Source of the DNA: Candidatus Rifleibacteriota bacterium
GTDB lineage: Bacteria > Muiribacteriota > Ozemobacteria > Ozemobacterales > Ozemobacteraceae
Reading direction: 5' to 3'
DNA length: 64,000 nt
Assembly (NCBI GenBank): GCA_012520995.1
Contig: JAAYNI010000033.1
Span: 128,826 to 192,825 of the forward strand
Under the pieces are notes generated by a model. It did not search any database. It saw nothing but the letters and a program-made list of their open reading frames with translations, and was not told the origin of the DNA. Shown here piece after piece: positions 18,844 to 28,133 of the stretch. Numbering within the stretch: position 1 is the first letter of the stretch; each line of letters starts with the position of its first letter. The position numbers and the translations under genes are program-made.

Positions 18844-20745
18844 TTAGAAGAGTTTTCCCCCAGTTATTTTTTTTATTTCTCCAGTCCAAAGTGAGAGTTG
18901 CCCGTTAAAATCAGCAAGCATGTTCAATGATTGACAATCATTGGTAATATCGAATTTTTTTATTTTATAAAAATTTAAAAAATTCAAAAAAGCGGCGGCA
19001 CTTTCCTTAGGCTCTCCTGAAAAATATACCTGATTTGCTCCTTGATATGGATAGGGAAAGAATCTAGTGCTAAAAGTTCTAGTGGCTTGTTTAATAGTTT
19101 CTGGCAAATCCAAACCCAATATCCAGAGATTTTGGTATTTATCCTGATAAAGTTGGTTTTTTCCGTTTAGACCTGCATCATAGATATTCGCATCTTGGCG
19201 AAGCAGATTTTTGAAAACATAGAGATATTTTAAATCCAATTTTTGTGACTCAATTTCGGATATTGAAGCACTGCTAGTTACTTGTGATGAAATAGGATGG
19301 GGTGAAAGGTATGCCGAGAAAAAGGTTGTAAGATCAGTTATATTAGCGGCATAACTGAAAATCGACAAATGCCCGTCTAAATATAAAAACCTGTTTTCAT
19401 GATTGAAAGCAATGAGTCGCAAAGTATTTCTTGACTGAATTGTCTGTGCACGATCTTCAACTACGGAAAAGGTTGCGGGATCAAGTCTGTATGCTCGAAT
19501 TACAGAGCCTCTGAAGTCAAAGTCGTCAAAAAGATGTCTGTCACGGGATTGTCCTTCCACTTCAACGAAGGCGAATGAGGTTTCATCTTCTGACCAAATG
19601 AACTCAACTATTGTATTTCTTACAGAGATCAGAAAAGGCAGTACGCGCATTTTTTTCAAGTCAATCAAATGGACGGCATTGGCTGAAGTAAATGCTGCAT
19701 AGGAACCTTGAGGTGATATAAGAGGCCATGCGTAAAGAGCTGCTTCTGGAAGTTTGGCAAAGTTTGCGTCAGAGAGTTTTTGAGTTTCAGCGTTGTAGAC
19801 AAAGACACTTCGGGCTTCTGTTTTCGTATCCAAAGTCATACCGATTAGAAGAGGTTCTGTTGGTGACCATGCGTATTGCAAGAGTATTTTGTTTGATTTT
19901 GAGGCAAAGATATCTTGCGGAACGTATTTTTCCAGGTCGTAAACTTTTGGTTTAAGAGCATCTGTGAAGGCCAGATATCTTTTGTTGGCTGAGAGTTGGA
20001 GGTTTGCGTAGTCTGAGTCGGCATTTCCCAGAAGAATTTCGCCTGAGGTTATGTCGGAAGTCTTAGATAAAAGAAAAATTTTATCTGTAAGCTTATCCGG
20101 GCGAACAGTTATAAAGTTGTTCTCGGCAATATGACAAAAGTCTTTTTCAGGCTCAAGAGAAGTTCTGCATAGTGAGAGGTTTTTAAGTTCCATGCGGGCA
20201 AGACTTTCAGCGAGTTTTTTCGGCGGTGAGACATCTTGAATGAGTGATAGAGCATCAACTGTTTCTATCAAAGCTGATAAGTCTACTTTTTCATGCTTTT
20301 GCAGGTGCCTGTTCACTGCTTGCAGCAAGCCGTTTAAACCGAGATCATAAATTTTGACATGATCAAGAGCCATGTCTTCTTGGCTAGGAGTTAATTCTGG
20401 AGCATAGACGATTTTAAGTGGTCTTTTAAGCTCAAGCTTGTTGAGTTTTATCAGATAATTTAAATAATTGTTTATCAGGTTGACCATTAGGTTTATGCGT
20501 GGCACTTCTTTGCGAAGTGGGTGTAAAGAGGCATATCCGCTTCTCATAGGCGCATAAAAATGAAACTCTGTTGTTTCGGCTATGAATTTTATTGCAGTAT
20601 CTTGAGTTTTTTGAGCCAAAACAGGGGATGGCAGGAATAACAATAAGAAAAGGAAAGAAAAAATAACAGAAAAGGTGAGGTTCTTAAGGTAAGTGAAACT
20701 TCTTTTTAAATTGAGATATTCTGTTATGGGTTTTAAGAGATTCAA
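18844..20745 (-). CDS. Exported hypothetical protein with TolB/WD40-like beta-propeller region
   Basis: Signal-like helix; blade motifs LSANKRYLAF, AWSPTEPLL, ISPQGSYAAF, IWSEDETSFAF. Confidence 0.65.
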   Translation of the reverse strand: MNLLKPITEYLNLKRSFTYLKNLTFSVIFSFLFLLLFLPSPVLAQKTQDTAIKFIAETTEFHFYAPMRSGYASLHPLRKEVPRINLMVNLINNYLNYLIKLNKLELKRPLKIVYAPELTPSQEDMALDHVKIYDLGLNGLLQAVNRHLQKHEKVDLSALIETVDALSLIQDVSPPKKLAESLARMELKNLSLCRTSLEPEKDFCHIAENNFITVRPDKLTDKIFLLSKTSDITSGEILLGNADSDYANLQLSANKRYLAFTDALKPKVYDLEKYVPQDIFASKSNKILLQYAWSPTEPLLIGMTLDTKTEARSVFVYNAETQKLSDANFAKLPEAALYAWPLISPQGSYAAFTSANAVHLIDLKKMRVLPFLISVRNTIVEFIWSEDETSFAFVEVEGQSRDRHLFDDFDFRGSVIRAYRLDPATFSVVEDRAQTIQSRNTLRLIAFNHENRFLYLDGHLSIFSYAANITDLTTFFSAYLSPHPISSQVTSSASISEIESQKLDLKYLYVFKNLLRQDANIYDAGLNGKNQLYQDKYQNLWILGLDLPETIKQATRTFSTRFFPYPYQGANQVYFSGEPKESAAAFLNFLNFYKIKKFDITNDCQSLNMLADFNGQLSLWTGEIKKITGGKLF

Positions 20746-21800
20746 AAGGTATGTTCCTTGCGTATTTCTTCTACCAGAGCTTCTACAAGCTCAGAGCTTT
20801 TCAGAGTTTTTAATATTTTTCCTTTTTTGAAAATCAGTCCGGAGTCTTTTGCTCCTGCTATTCCATAGTCTGCTTGGGCAGCCTCGCCCGGACCATTTAC
20901 CGCACAGCCCATTACTGCTACTCTGATGTTTGCCGTAAGGCCTTTGAGAGCCTTTTTGACTTCATTTGCCATTTCTATAAGAGGAACTTGAGTTCTTCCG
21001 CATGTTGGGCACGACACTATTACAGGGCCTGATTCTCTGAGGCCTGTCGCTTTAAGAATATTTATGCCGGTTTCTATTTCTGCCGCGGAATCTCCTGTTA
21101 GAGAGACTCTTATGGTATCTCCTATTCCGTCAAGCAACAGAGATCCTATCCCTATGGAGGATCTTATGATGCCTTCTTCGGGAAGTCCTGATTCGGTAAC
21201 TCCTAAATGCATCGGATAAGGAGTTCTTTCAGCCACTATTTTGGCGGCTTGTCTCATAATATCTATATCAAAGGCTTTTACAGCTATTTTAATCATGGAG
21301 AAGTTACAGGCTTCTAAAAAGGCGGTTTCACGCAAAGCTGACTCTGCCAAAGCTTCAGGGGTTACTCCGCCGTGTTTTGCTGCTATCTCGGGATCGAGTG
21401 ATCCTGCGTTTACACCTACTCTTATAGGTATGCCTTTGTCTTTGCAAGCAGCGGCTACTTCTCGTATTTTGTCTTGGCTTCTGATGTTGCCGGGATTGAG
21501 CCGGAGTGCATCCGCACCCATTTCAACCGCAGCTAAAGCTAAAAGATGGTCGAAATGTATGTCAGCTATTACAGGGATAGGGGAATCTTCGGTAATTGCT
21601 TTTAATGCGTGAGCTGCATCCATATCGGGAACCGCGAGTCTTATTATGTCGCAGCCGCATAAAGCGAGACGTTTTATTTCGGCAATTGTGGCTTTGCTGT
21701 CGGATGTTCTTGTTTTAGTCATGGTTTGAACAGTCACGGGTGCTAAACCGCCAACAGGAGTAGTGCCTACGAAAATCTGTTTGCTGTTTCTTCTTATCAC
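20742..21800 (-). CDS. ispG: (E)-4-hydroxy-3-methylbut-2-enyl diphosphate synthase
   Basis: VQTMT, ADIHF, RLNPGNI, HLGVTE, GIGDTIRVSL, SCPTCGR, MGCAVNGPGE. Confidence 0.97.
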   Translation of the reverse strand: MIRRNSKQIFVGTTPVGGLAPVTVQTMTKTRTSDSKATIAEIKRLALCGCDIIRLAVPDMDAAHALKAITEDSPIPVIADIHFDHLLALAAVEMGADALRLNPGNIRSQDKIREVAAACKDKGIPIRVGVNAGSLDPEIAAKHGGVTPEALAESALRETAFLEACNFSMIKIAVKAFDIDIMRQAAKIVAERTPYPMHLGVTESGLPEEGIIRSSIGIGSLLLDGIGDTIRVSLTGDSAAEIETGINILKATGLRESGPVIVSCPTCGRTQVPLIEMANEVKKALKGLTANIRVAVMGCAVNGPGEAAQADYGIAGAKDSGLIFKKGKILKTLKSSELVEALVEEIRKEHTF

Positions 21801-22420
21801 GATCTGAACTTCCAGTTTGGCTGACGTGTGCGGGATTCTGCGGGTCTAGGTATCACAGAAGTCTCAAGTTCGGCTGTTTCGCCTTTTACCGTGACTTTCA
21901 GTTTTACTTTTACCAAGGATATAAATTCCCGTTGCCATGAGTCGTTTTGTTCACTTCTGAATGGATAGAGATACCATCCTGAATCTGTTTCTTCTGTTGA
22001 GCCTTTCCAGTAAGCTCTGAAAGCGTTTTCTTCAATGTCATCGCATGTTATAAGGGGTTCCGGTTTACCCTTGTCTTCTGTTCGCCATAGAATAGCTCTT
22101 TTTCTGTCTGAGTCTTTTTCTATGTCATAAGTGACTGTAACAAGAGAGCTGTCTCCCAATTCGAAGGGAGGGCGATTCTTGTAAGTTGAAAGCTTGAGCT
22201 GTTCAGGAGTTAGAGAGAGTATTGCTTTTGAGTTGCGGATATCTTCAGTTATAATTTCCATCTTATTGCGCAGGTCAGAGGAAATAAAAAGACTTGAGGC
22301 TCCTTTGTTTACCTGCATTGAGCCAGAGGCATGGAACAAATAGACGATTCCGCCGACTAAAACTGTCAAAGCCATGGCTACTAAGATTTCTATTAGAGTG
22401 AAGGCTGTTTGTTTTCTCAT
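21797..22420 (-). CDS. Prepilin-type N-terminal cleavage/methylation protein
   Basis: MRKQTA|FTLIEILVAM class III signal with E+5. Confidence 0.85.
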   Translation of the reverse strand: MRKQTAFTLIEILVAMALTVLVGGIVYLFHASGSMQVNKGASSLFISSDLRNKMEIITEDIRNSKAILSLTPEQLKLSTYKNRPPFELGDSSLVTVTYDIEKDSDRKRAILWRTEDKGKPEPLITCDDIEENAFRAYWKGSTEETDSGWYLYPFRSEQNDSWQREFISLVKVKLKVTVKGETAELETSVIPRPAESRTRQPNWKFRS

Positions 22421-23019
22421 TATTTGTCCGTTCCTATGTATGTTGCAAGTTCAGCCTGAAGTTTATTGTCCTTGTCATACACGAATACATGGACTTTTTT
22501 TAATCTGTTGGCAGTGGCGGTAAACTGCGATGTGGTTACAGGCGTAACTTTCATTACTCTTCGTATGCCTGCGTATTGGCTGGGATAAAGCTCCAGCTTA
22601 GCAAAGGCTCGTTCTTTGTATTTGGGGCTCAAACGACTGTATATGCCGTTTAGCTCGGAACTCTTTTTCAGGTCATCTTCCGTGAAGACATCAGTGAAAT
22701 ACTGCAGAAAGACTTCTTCGCTGTAAAAAGCTTCTTCATGATCTCCGACAGCTTCCTTGTAAATGTCTCTGTAATTTTCATAGTCAGATTTGAGCAGGTG
22801 GTAAGGAGTTATTGCAGCCTGTTCCATTTTTTCTCTGGCTAAATTGTAAGCCAAAATTTGTTCTTTGTTTTCAATTGAACCTTTTACTCCGAAAGTAAAC
22901 ATGCGGATGAAAGGGGTGGCAATTAAAGCCATAATAAATAAGGAAACCAAGATTTCAACCAAAGTGAAGGCTCTCGATTTTCTTAAGTTAGTTTTTTTAT
23001 AGGTTTTTGTTGTTCGCAT
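22420..23019 (-). CDS. Prepilin-type N-terminal cleavage/methylation protein (PilV-like minor pilin)
   Basis: RKSRA|FTLVEILVSL class III signal; AYNLAREKMEQ helix. Confidence 0.85.
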   Translation of the reverse strand: MRTTKTYKKTNLRKSRAFTLVEILVSLFIMALIATPFIRMFTFGVKGSIENKEQILAYNLAREKMEQAAITPYHLLKSDYENYRDIYKEAVGDHEEAFYSEEVFLQYFTDVFTEDDLKKSSELNGIYSRLSPKYKERAFAKLELYPSQYAGIRRVMKVTPVTTSQFTATANRLKKVHVFVYDKDNKLQAELATYIGTDK

Positions 23020-23081
23020 GCAATAATCCGCTGAAATTAAGGTTAGTAGAATATATCATTTTATTAAATTACAAGTCTATG

Positions 23082-23645
23082 TTAAAGCTTGTATATAAGA
23101 GCTATTAGACCGATTACTACAAGAACAGCTGTTATGCTGGTTGTTATCGGATTCATGTTAAAGTTGTAGATTATGCGCTCTTTTACGGTTGGGACATAGG
23201 TTATCCAACGCTCAAGATTTTTTGAGTGCACATCATATTCCGGTATGGAGAGATATTTTGTGTTAATTTTTGCAAGCATTCTGTGTTCTCTATAACGGAA
23301 AGACAAGTTTTTGTCGCCCTCTAAAACTCCGTGAAGATTACAGCACCATTGCCAATCGCTTTTGTTGTTGGCAACATAGCTGTAGCCGCAGTTGGGGGTA
23401 ACTGGTTTGAAGTCATTGCCAAGAATTTCCATGAATTTCATATCTTCAGATATTTTTTCTAAGGGGCTCCACTGAAGAATAAACAGGGTTGAAAAAGGAT
23501 TTTGTTGCTGAAACTGCTCTGTGGAGGCGTTTAGTTTTTTTAAGTTTTCTCTACAAAGCCTTGTGAGCTCTTTGCCTGTGTCTTTAGCGCAAAGATCGGC
23601 AGGAAACATAAAGATGGAAGCTAACAGTATCCAGATGATTTTCAT
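23082..23645 (-). CDS. Exported hypothetical protein with C-terminal TM
   Basis: Signal peptide, CRENLKKL and CCNLHG motifs, C-terminal hydrophobic helix; AGGA RBS. Confidence 0.7.
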   Translation of the reverse strand: MKIIWILLASIFMFPADLCAKDTGKELTRLCRENLKKLNASTEQFQQQNPFSTLFILQWSPLEKISEDMKFMEILGNDFKPVTPNCGYSYVANNKSDWQWCCNLHGVLEGDKNLSFRYREHRMLAKINTKYLSIPEYDVHSKNLERWITYVPTVKERIIYNFNMNPITTSITAVLVVIGLIALIYKL

Positions 23646-23669
23646 GTTTTCAGTCCTGATTGTACAGAA

Positions 23670-23698
23670 ATTTTAGAGAAAATTCTTTGCATAGTCAA
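23670..23698 (-). promoter_or_regulatory. sigma70 promoter
   Basis: Minus strand TTGACT-17 nt-TAAAAT. Confidence 0.65.
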
Positions 23699-23721
23699 AT
23701 TAACACAAAAAGCTGGCTTTG

Positions 23722-25575
23722 TCATTTGTGCATAGGAGCAGGAAGAAGAATTTTTCCTGAGACATAAGTATTGTCTTCAGAGTCGCTTGTTTCAACAATA
23801 AGAAGGATTTTATCTTTGTTGGAGATTTCATTCAACTCTTCGGAAACGAAGGTTATAAGGCCGTCTTCTTCGCGTCCAGGAATTTCTTTTGTGTTTAGTA
23901 CCTCTATATTTTTTAGGGAAATAGCGTGAAGCTTTAAAGAGAGAAAGATATTGCTGGGATTATTTGTAACTATTTCAGCTTTTATTCTGCTTGGCTCTTG
24001 TTTTTGTTCAGGCTTTGATAGGGCATCATTTTTTGAGCTGGAATTAGAAGCTTTGGATTTTTCTGTCATATTAAAGTGGCTGAATCTGGAAGTTCTGCTT
24101 TTTTGTTGTATTTTCTTATTTTCTCTTTTTATTTTGCCTCGTTCAAAAACAGCTGTTAAAAGTGCGGGTTTATTTATGAAGGTTTGAATGTATGAGTTTG
24201 TGCCGAATGTTGCTGCGGTAATATTTTTTTGTCGGGCTAATTTGTCGGAAAAGTGAGAAGCTAAAAGCCAAGCAGCTCTGTCTTCTTGGAGTGGTGTGAG
24301 CTGTTTTGGTATGATTTCGTTAAGCATTGTTTTTTCAAAGGCCATTTGTGAAATTTCGTTGCATCTTATGCCGGATTCTAACATGTAGATCAAGCTCGAA
24401 ATTCTGTGTTTATGGGAGAGATGCCCTTTGCCCTCAAAGGATTTGAATATTTTATAAGCTTCTTTTATGTCGCCGTCAGCATACAGTTTGACTCCTTCAT
24501 AAAGCCGAGGTTCGCTGTTAGTCAGTCTTAAAAAAGACTCTGAAGCGGAGGCGTATTCTTTATCGGAATAGATACTGGGAATTTTTTTTAATATGCCGTT
24601 TGCGACTTTTGCTTCTGCAGAATATTCAGAGGCTTTCTTCGGGTCTTTGGTAATTTTGGAAAGTTGCGTATAGACTCCTTCTAAAAGCCATATTGCATCA
24701 GCAACATAGGGATAGTCGCTTTCGGGAATTATTTTGAATATTCCGAGCATTTCTGAAGCTTCTTCAAGATGTCCCATGAGAGCTGTAATCAGGGCTTTTT
24801 TGTGATGCCATTCAAAGTCTTCTTTGTGAGTTGAACCAGCTATAGGAGAAAGTGGTTTAAAGTCGTATTGGCTGATAATTTCAAAGGCTTCACCCTGTTC
24901 GCCCCCATAGGCAAGAGTTTCAGCGAGGCGAAGCAAGACTTTCCTTTTGTTTTGTTTTTCGCCGTAAAGCATAAAAGAGGCCTCAAAAGTTGGAGCCATA
25001 GCTATACATCTTCTAAAAGACATTATGGCGTCGTAAAGGCTGCTTTCGCGATCTGAGCCGCTTTGAGTGAGCATTTTAATTGAAGAGTATATGCCTGTGA
25101 TGTAGTTAAGGTCGCCCGTAAGGGATTTGGTTGCAAAGGTGGAGTTACATTTTCTCAGCCATTTTTTAGCCTCTCGCAGGCATTGTCTGGTTGGCTCCAA
25201 GTCAGGAGGGGGAGTGGAAAATGCTGTTTTCTTTGGTTTTAGGAGAGTGTTTTTATACTCTTTTTCAGCCTTTAAAGTATTCATCAAACACAAAAGCATA
25301 CGGGAGGCATCTATTGTGGCAGTTTTTTTTGCCTTTTTTTCGGCATTTTCAAGAACTCTGATTATTTCATTTATGTCTCTTACATCTGTTGTTGTGCCTT
25401 CTAAAACGGCGATTTGCTCCAAAGAGGAGTTCAGGTATTGCTCAGGGGTTATGGAGACGAGAGCGTCTCCGCCTGTGCACCCTATTGTCAAAAAGACTGA
25501 GAAGATTATAAGGGATAAGAAGGCAAAAAGGGGGTTAATGGAAAAGGAGCGGATTTTTGTAAGTAAGCTTTTCAT
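23722..25575 (-). CDS. Helical-repeat (TPR-like) putative lipoprotein
   Basis: Hydrophobic signal ending LTIGC, mostly alpha-helical; likely start ATG 25575 (ORF extends to 25641). Confidence 0.7.
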   Translation of the reverse strand: MKSLLTKIRSFSINPLFAFLSLIIFSVFLTIGCTGGDALVSITPEQYLNSSLEQIAVLEGTTTDVRDINEIIRVLENAEKKAKKTATIDASRMLLCLMNTLKAEKEYKNTLLKPKKTAFSTPPPDLEPTRQCLREAKKWLRKCNSTFATKSLTGDLNYITGIYSSIKMLTQSGSDRESSLYDAIMSFRRCIAMAPTFEASFMLYGEKQNKRKVLLRLAETLAYGGEQGEAFEIISQYDFKPLSPIAGSTHKEDFEWHHKKALITALMGHLEEASEMLGIFKIIPESDYPYVADAIWLLEGVYTQLSKITKDPKKASEYSAEAKVANGILKKIPSIYSDKEYASASESFLRLTNSEPRLYEGVKLYADGDIKEAYKIFKSFEGKGHLSHKHRISSLIYMLESGIRCNEISQMAFEKTMLNEIIPKQLTPLQEDRAAWLLASHFSDKLARQKNITAATFGTNSYIQTFINKPALLTAVFERGKIKRENKKIQQKSRTSRFSHFNMTEKSKASNSSSKNDALSKPEQKQEPSRIKAEIVTNNPSNIFLSLKLHAISLKNIEVLNTKEIPGREEDGLITFVSEELNEISNKDKILLIVETSDSEDNTYVSGKILLPAPMHK

Positions 25576-25600
25576 CAGATTCTTTCTTTTGTCAATGAAA

Positions 25601-27982
25601 TCAAATGTCTTTGAGCCTGATTTTGACTCTTCCTTTGTCATAGGTCGCGTTTTGCGGCTTATCGTAAAATGTGATGTAGTTTTGATTGATAAGGCTTTTG
25701 ATAAGATCTTCTACTTTGCCGAATCGGTATTTGTCATCAGCGAATTTTGGACCCATTTCTATGAACTTGTTGTCTTCAATAAAGAATAGATATTGTATGA
25801 CTGAATATATGCCTTCTGGGGCGTCTCTGTTTTTGTCCAGATATATATTGACTACGTCAACCTTGGGAATTCTAGTGGGGTCTTTGCCCATCTCTTCTGC
25901 TTTTTGCTGGAGCTGTGCAGTTAGTTCTTTTGTGTCTTCCCAGTCCTTAGCTTGAACCATGGCGCAGTCTAAGTCGTATTCAAGATCGCCTGAGCCTTTG
26001 GCATGGTAAAGCGAGGGGCGTTCTTTTGAGTCGTTGGAGTCTATTTGGCAACCTTCTTTAGACAGAGAGCTGATAGCCATTATAGGATTGTTTAGTTCGA
26101 TGCAAAGAGCTTTCAGCTCTGTTGAAATCTCTTCTATCTTGAACTTTTCGTCCATGTAGTTTCTTGAAAGAGGCATTTTTTGGATGTAGTCGACAAAGAT
26201 CATTATATCTTCAGTGCCAAAGTCCTCCATGGTGTTGTAAGCGTAAGACCTGATTTTGTCTACGGTGTCTTCCTTGGTGGCTTCAATTATATAGAAGTAG
26301 TCCATGTATTCTTGGATTTTGCTTAGTCCGCTTTGGAATTTGGCATCTACTACGTAATTGGAACGGATTTTTTTTCTTTGTAGAAATCCAGGGTTTAACC
26401 GGCTTTCTTTAGCCAAAATTCTGTAGGCAAGGTTCTTTTTGGTTTGTTCATAGGTGAAAAAGAGAACTGGAATTTTATTCAATGTCGCTACTCTTGTAGC
26501 CATTTCTAAGGTGAAAGTTGTTTTGCCTCGTCTCGGAGCGCCAGCTATTGCATACATGAATCCTTTTCTGAAGCCGGAGAGCGCTTTGTTGAGATAATCC
26601 ATGGGTGAAAAAGAATAGCCTAGAATTTCTATTTCTCCGCGTTCTTCTCTTTCGTTTACGTCATCAATTATTTCAAAGAGTTCTTCTCTTATGAGGTTGA
26701 TGCGTTTGCTTTCTTGAGCTTTTTGGACATCCCTGACACTCCTGAGGATTTCGCCTGCAAAAAGATTTATTGGTGTTTCAGAAGAGGCTTTCGGATCTTC
26801 AATGTAGTTGTCTATCCGATTGCTGATTTCTTTCAGCTTTCTTTTGAGAGCTTGTTTTTTTAGTATGTTTACATAGGCGCCTATTTCCGAGCTGGGTATA
26901 GGATCGGCATTGGTTATTTCTTCAATAAGCTCAATAGAGTCGTTGTTTAGCAGTTCTGCGCGTTTCAGAATGTTCTTGAGAACAACCTTGTCTAATGAAG
27001 AGGGTTGTTTTGTTTCTTTTCTCAGCATGACAATAGCTTTGAACATTGCTCTGAAAAGATGAGTGGAAAAAAAATCTTCTCCGAAGCCTTCAGAACGCAA
27101 TGTTCTGAGAAGATCAAAGTTTTGTCTTAGAGAAGCTAATACTGCTGTTTCAATTTCTTTGTCTCCTAAGCCGGTAACTTTGGAGCGGAAAGCATCTGAA
27201 GAAGAGCCAAGTATATTGCTTTGTTTTTGTTCTTTGGCTTCGTCTCTGAGTTTTAGAATACGTTCAGAAGTGCCTTCACGCAAAACGGAGGATGAAAATC
27301 CTGTTTGGGGTTTCATGTTTAAGGTGTCTTGTAATGAAAAGCCCTTTGGTGTTTGTTGCAGCTCAATTTCTTTGAGTTCATCTTCAAAGCTTTTTTGTTG
27401 CGGTATTGCTTGCTGAGAAAGAGGTTGAAGCTCTTGGAGATCGGATGTGTTGTCTGTTAAATTGTTTTCCGGCGGAGGACTGAATTGGGGGGGCTGTGTT
27501 GCTTGAGGCTGCTGAAAGCTGGTGTTTGCTTGATAGTCATTTTGCGGTTGTTGCCATTCTTCAGGTTGAGCGGATGATTGATGATTGCCGGCGAATGGTT
27601 GTTGATAAGCGTTTTGTGGGTAGGCGGAGGGATTCTCAGGGCTGGCAAATTCTTGCTGGGCATAGGAATCAGCAGTTGATTGAGATTGGAAAGAGTTGTT
27701 TGCGGGATATGCGGGATATGCGGGATGGTTTCGTCCGTTTATAGGCTGTTGAGTGGATTGAGCAGCTGTTTCGGGTTGAGAGAGACTGTTTTGTGCAGGT
27801 TGTTCGCCTGCGGGCTGGACTTCAGCCAGCTGCTCTGTTTGAGATTCGGATACAGGTTTATTTTTGTTTCCTAAGAAGGAGCTCAAAGAAAATGGCTTGG
27901 GTTTATTCTGTTTTTTTTCCAAGCATTCTTGGCAATAGGCACCGGCAGGTATTTCAATTTTGCACATGAGGCACTTTGACAT
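25601..27982 (-). CDS. Atypical DnaB-family (SF4) helicase with N-terminal Zn ribbon and Q/P-rich linker
   Basis: GGAGG RBS before ATG 27982; CLMC...CQEC; DnaB-N-like IETAVLASL; Walker A GAPRRGKTT, FTYEQ, VDYIQ, KGSGDLEYDLD, KNRDAPEG. Confidence 0.85.
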   Translation of the reverse strand: MSKCLMCKIEIPAGAYCQECLEKKQNKPKPFSLSSFLGNKNKPVSESQTEQLAEVQPAGEQPAQNSLSQPETAAQSTQQPINGRNHPAYPAYPANNSFQSQSTADSYAQQEFASPENPSAYPQNAYQQPFAGNHQSSAQPEEWQQPQNDYQANTSFQQPQATQPPQFSPPPENNLTDNTSDLQELQPLSQQAIPQQKSFEDELKEIELQQTPKGFSLQDTLNMKPQTGFSSSVLREGTSERILKLRDEAKEQKQSNILGSSSDAFRSKVTGLGDKEIETAVLASLRQNFDLLRTLRSEGFGEDFFSTHLFRAMFKAIVMLRKETKQPSSLDKVVLKNILKRAELLNNDSIELIEEITNADPIPSSEIGAYVNILKKQALKRKLKEISNRIDNYIEDPKASSETPINLFAGEILRSVRDVQKAQESKRINLIREELFEIIDDVNEREERGEIEILGYSFSPMDYLNKALSGFRKGFMYAIAGAPRRGKTTFTLEMATRVATLNKIPVLFFTYEQTKKNLAYRILAKESRLNPGFLQRKKIRSNYVVDAKFQSGLSKIQEYMDYFYIIEATKEDTVDKIRSYAYNTMEDFGTEDIMIFVDYIQKMPLSRNYMDEKFKIEEISTELKALCIELNNPIMAISSLSKEGCQIDSNDSKERPSLYHAKGSGDLEYDLDCAMVQAKDWEDTKELTAQLQQKAEEMGKDPTRIPKVDVVNIYLDKNRDAPEGIYSVIQYLFFIEDNKFIEMGPKFADDKYRFGKVEDLIKSLINQNYITFYDKPQNATYDKGRVKIRLKDI
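27702..27726 (-). repeat. 9-bp coding tandem repeat (HPAYPAYPA)
   Basis: gcgggatat x2 plus gcgggat. Confidence 0.8.
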
Positions 27983-28058
27983 GTTTTCCTCCAAGTTAGA
28001 CGCTTATTGCTATATCTTATTGGGATTGTTCTTCTAATGCAACTTACTTTTCTAAATG

Positions 28059-28087
28059 TTGACAAGATTTTCTCTTGTAAGTATTAT
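28059..28087 (+). promoter_or_regulatory. sigma70 promoter of bamA-lpx operon with overlapping palindrome
   Basis: TTGACA(28059-28064)-17 nt-TATTAT(28082-28087); ACAAGA-N5-TCTTGT at 28062-28078. Confidence 0.8.
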
Positions 28088-28133
28088 GGGCACATCCAGA
28101 TAACTTAGTAGCGAGGAATGTGAATAAGCCCTT

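Noticed and set aside
25127..25789. 220-aa plus-strand ORF
   Set aside because: Antisense to the lipoprotein and DnaB-like genes; no motifs.
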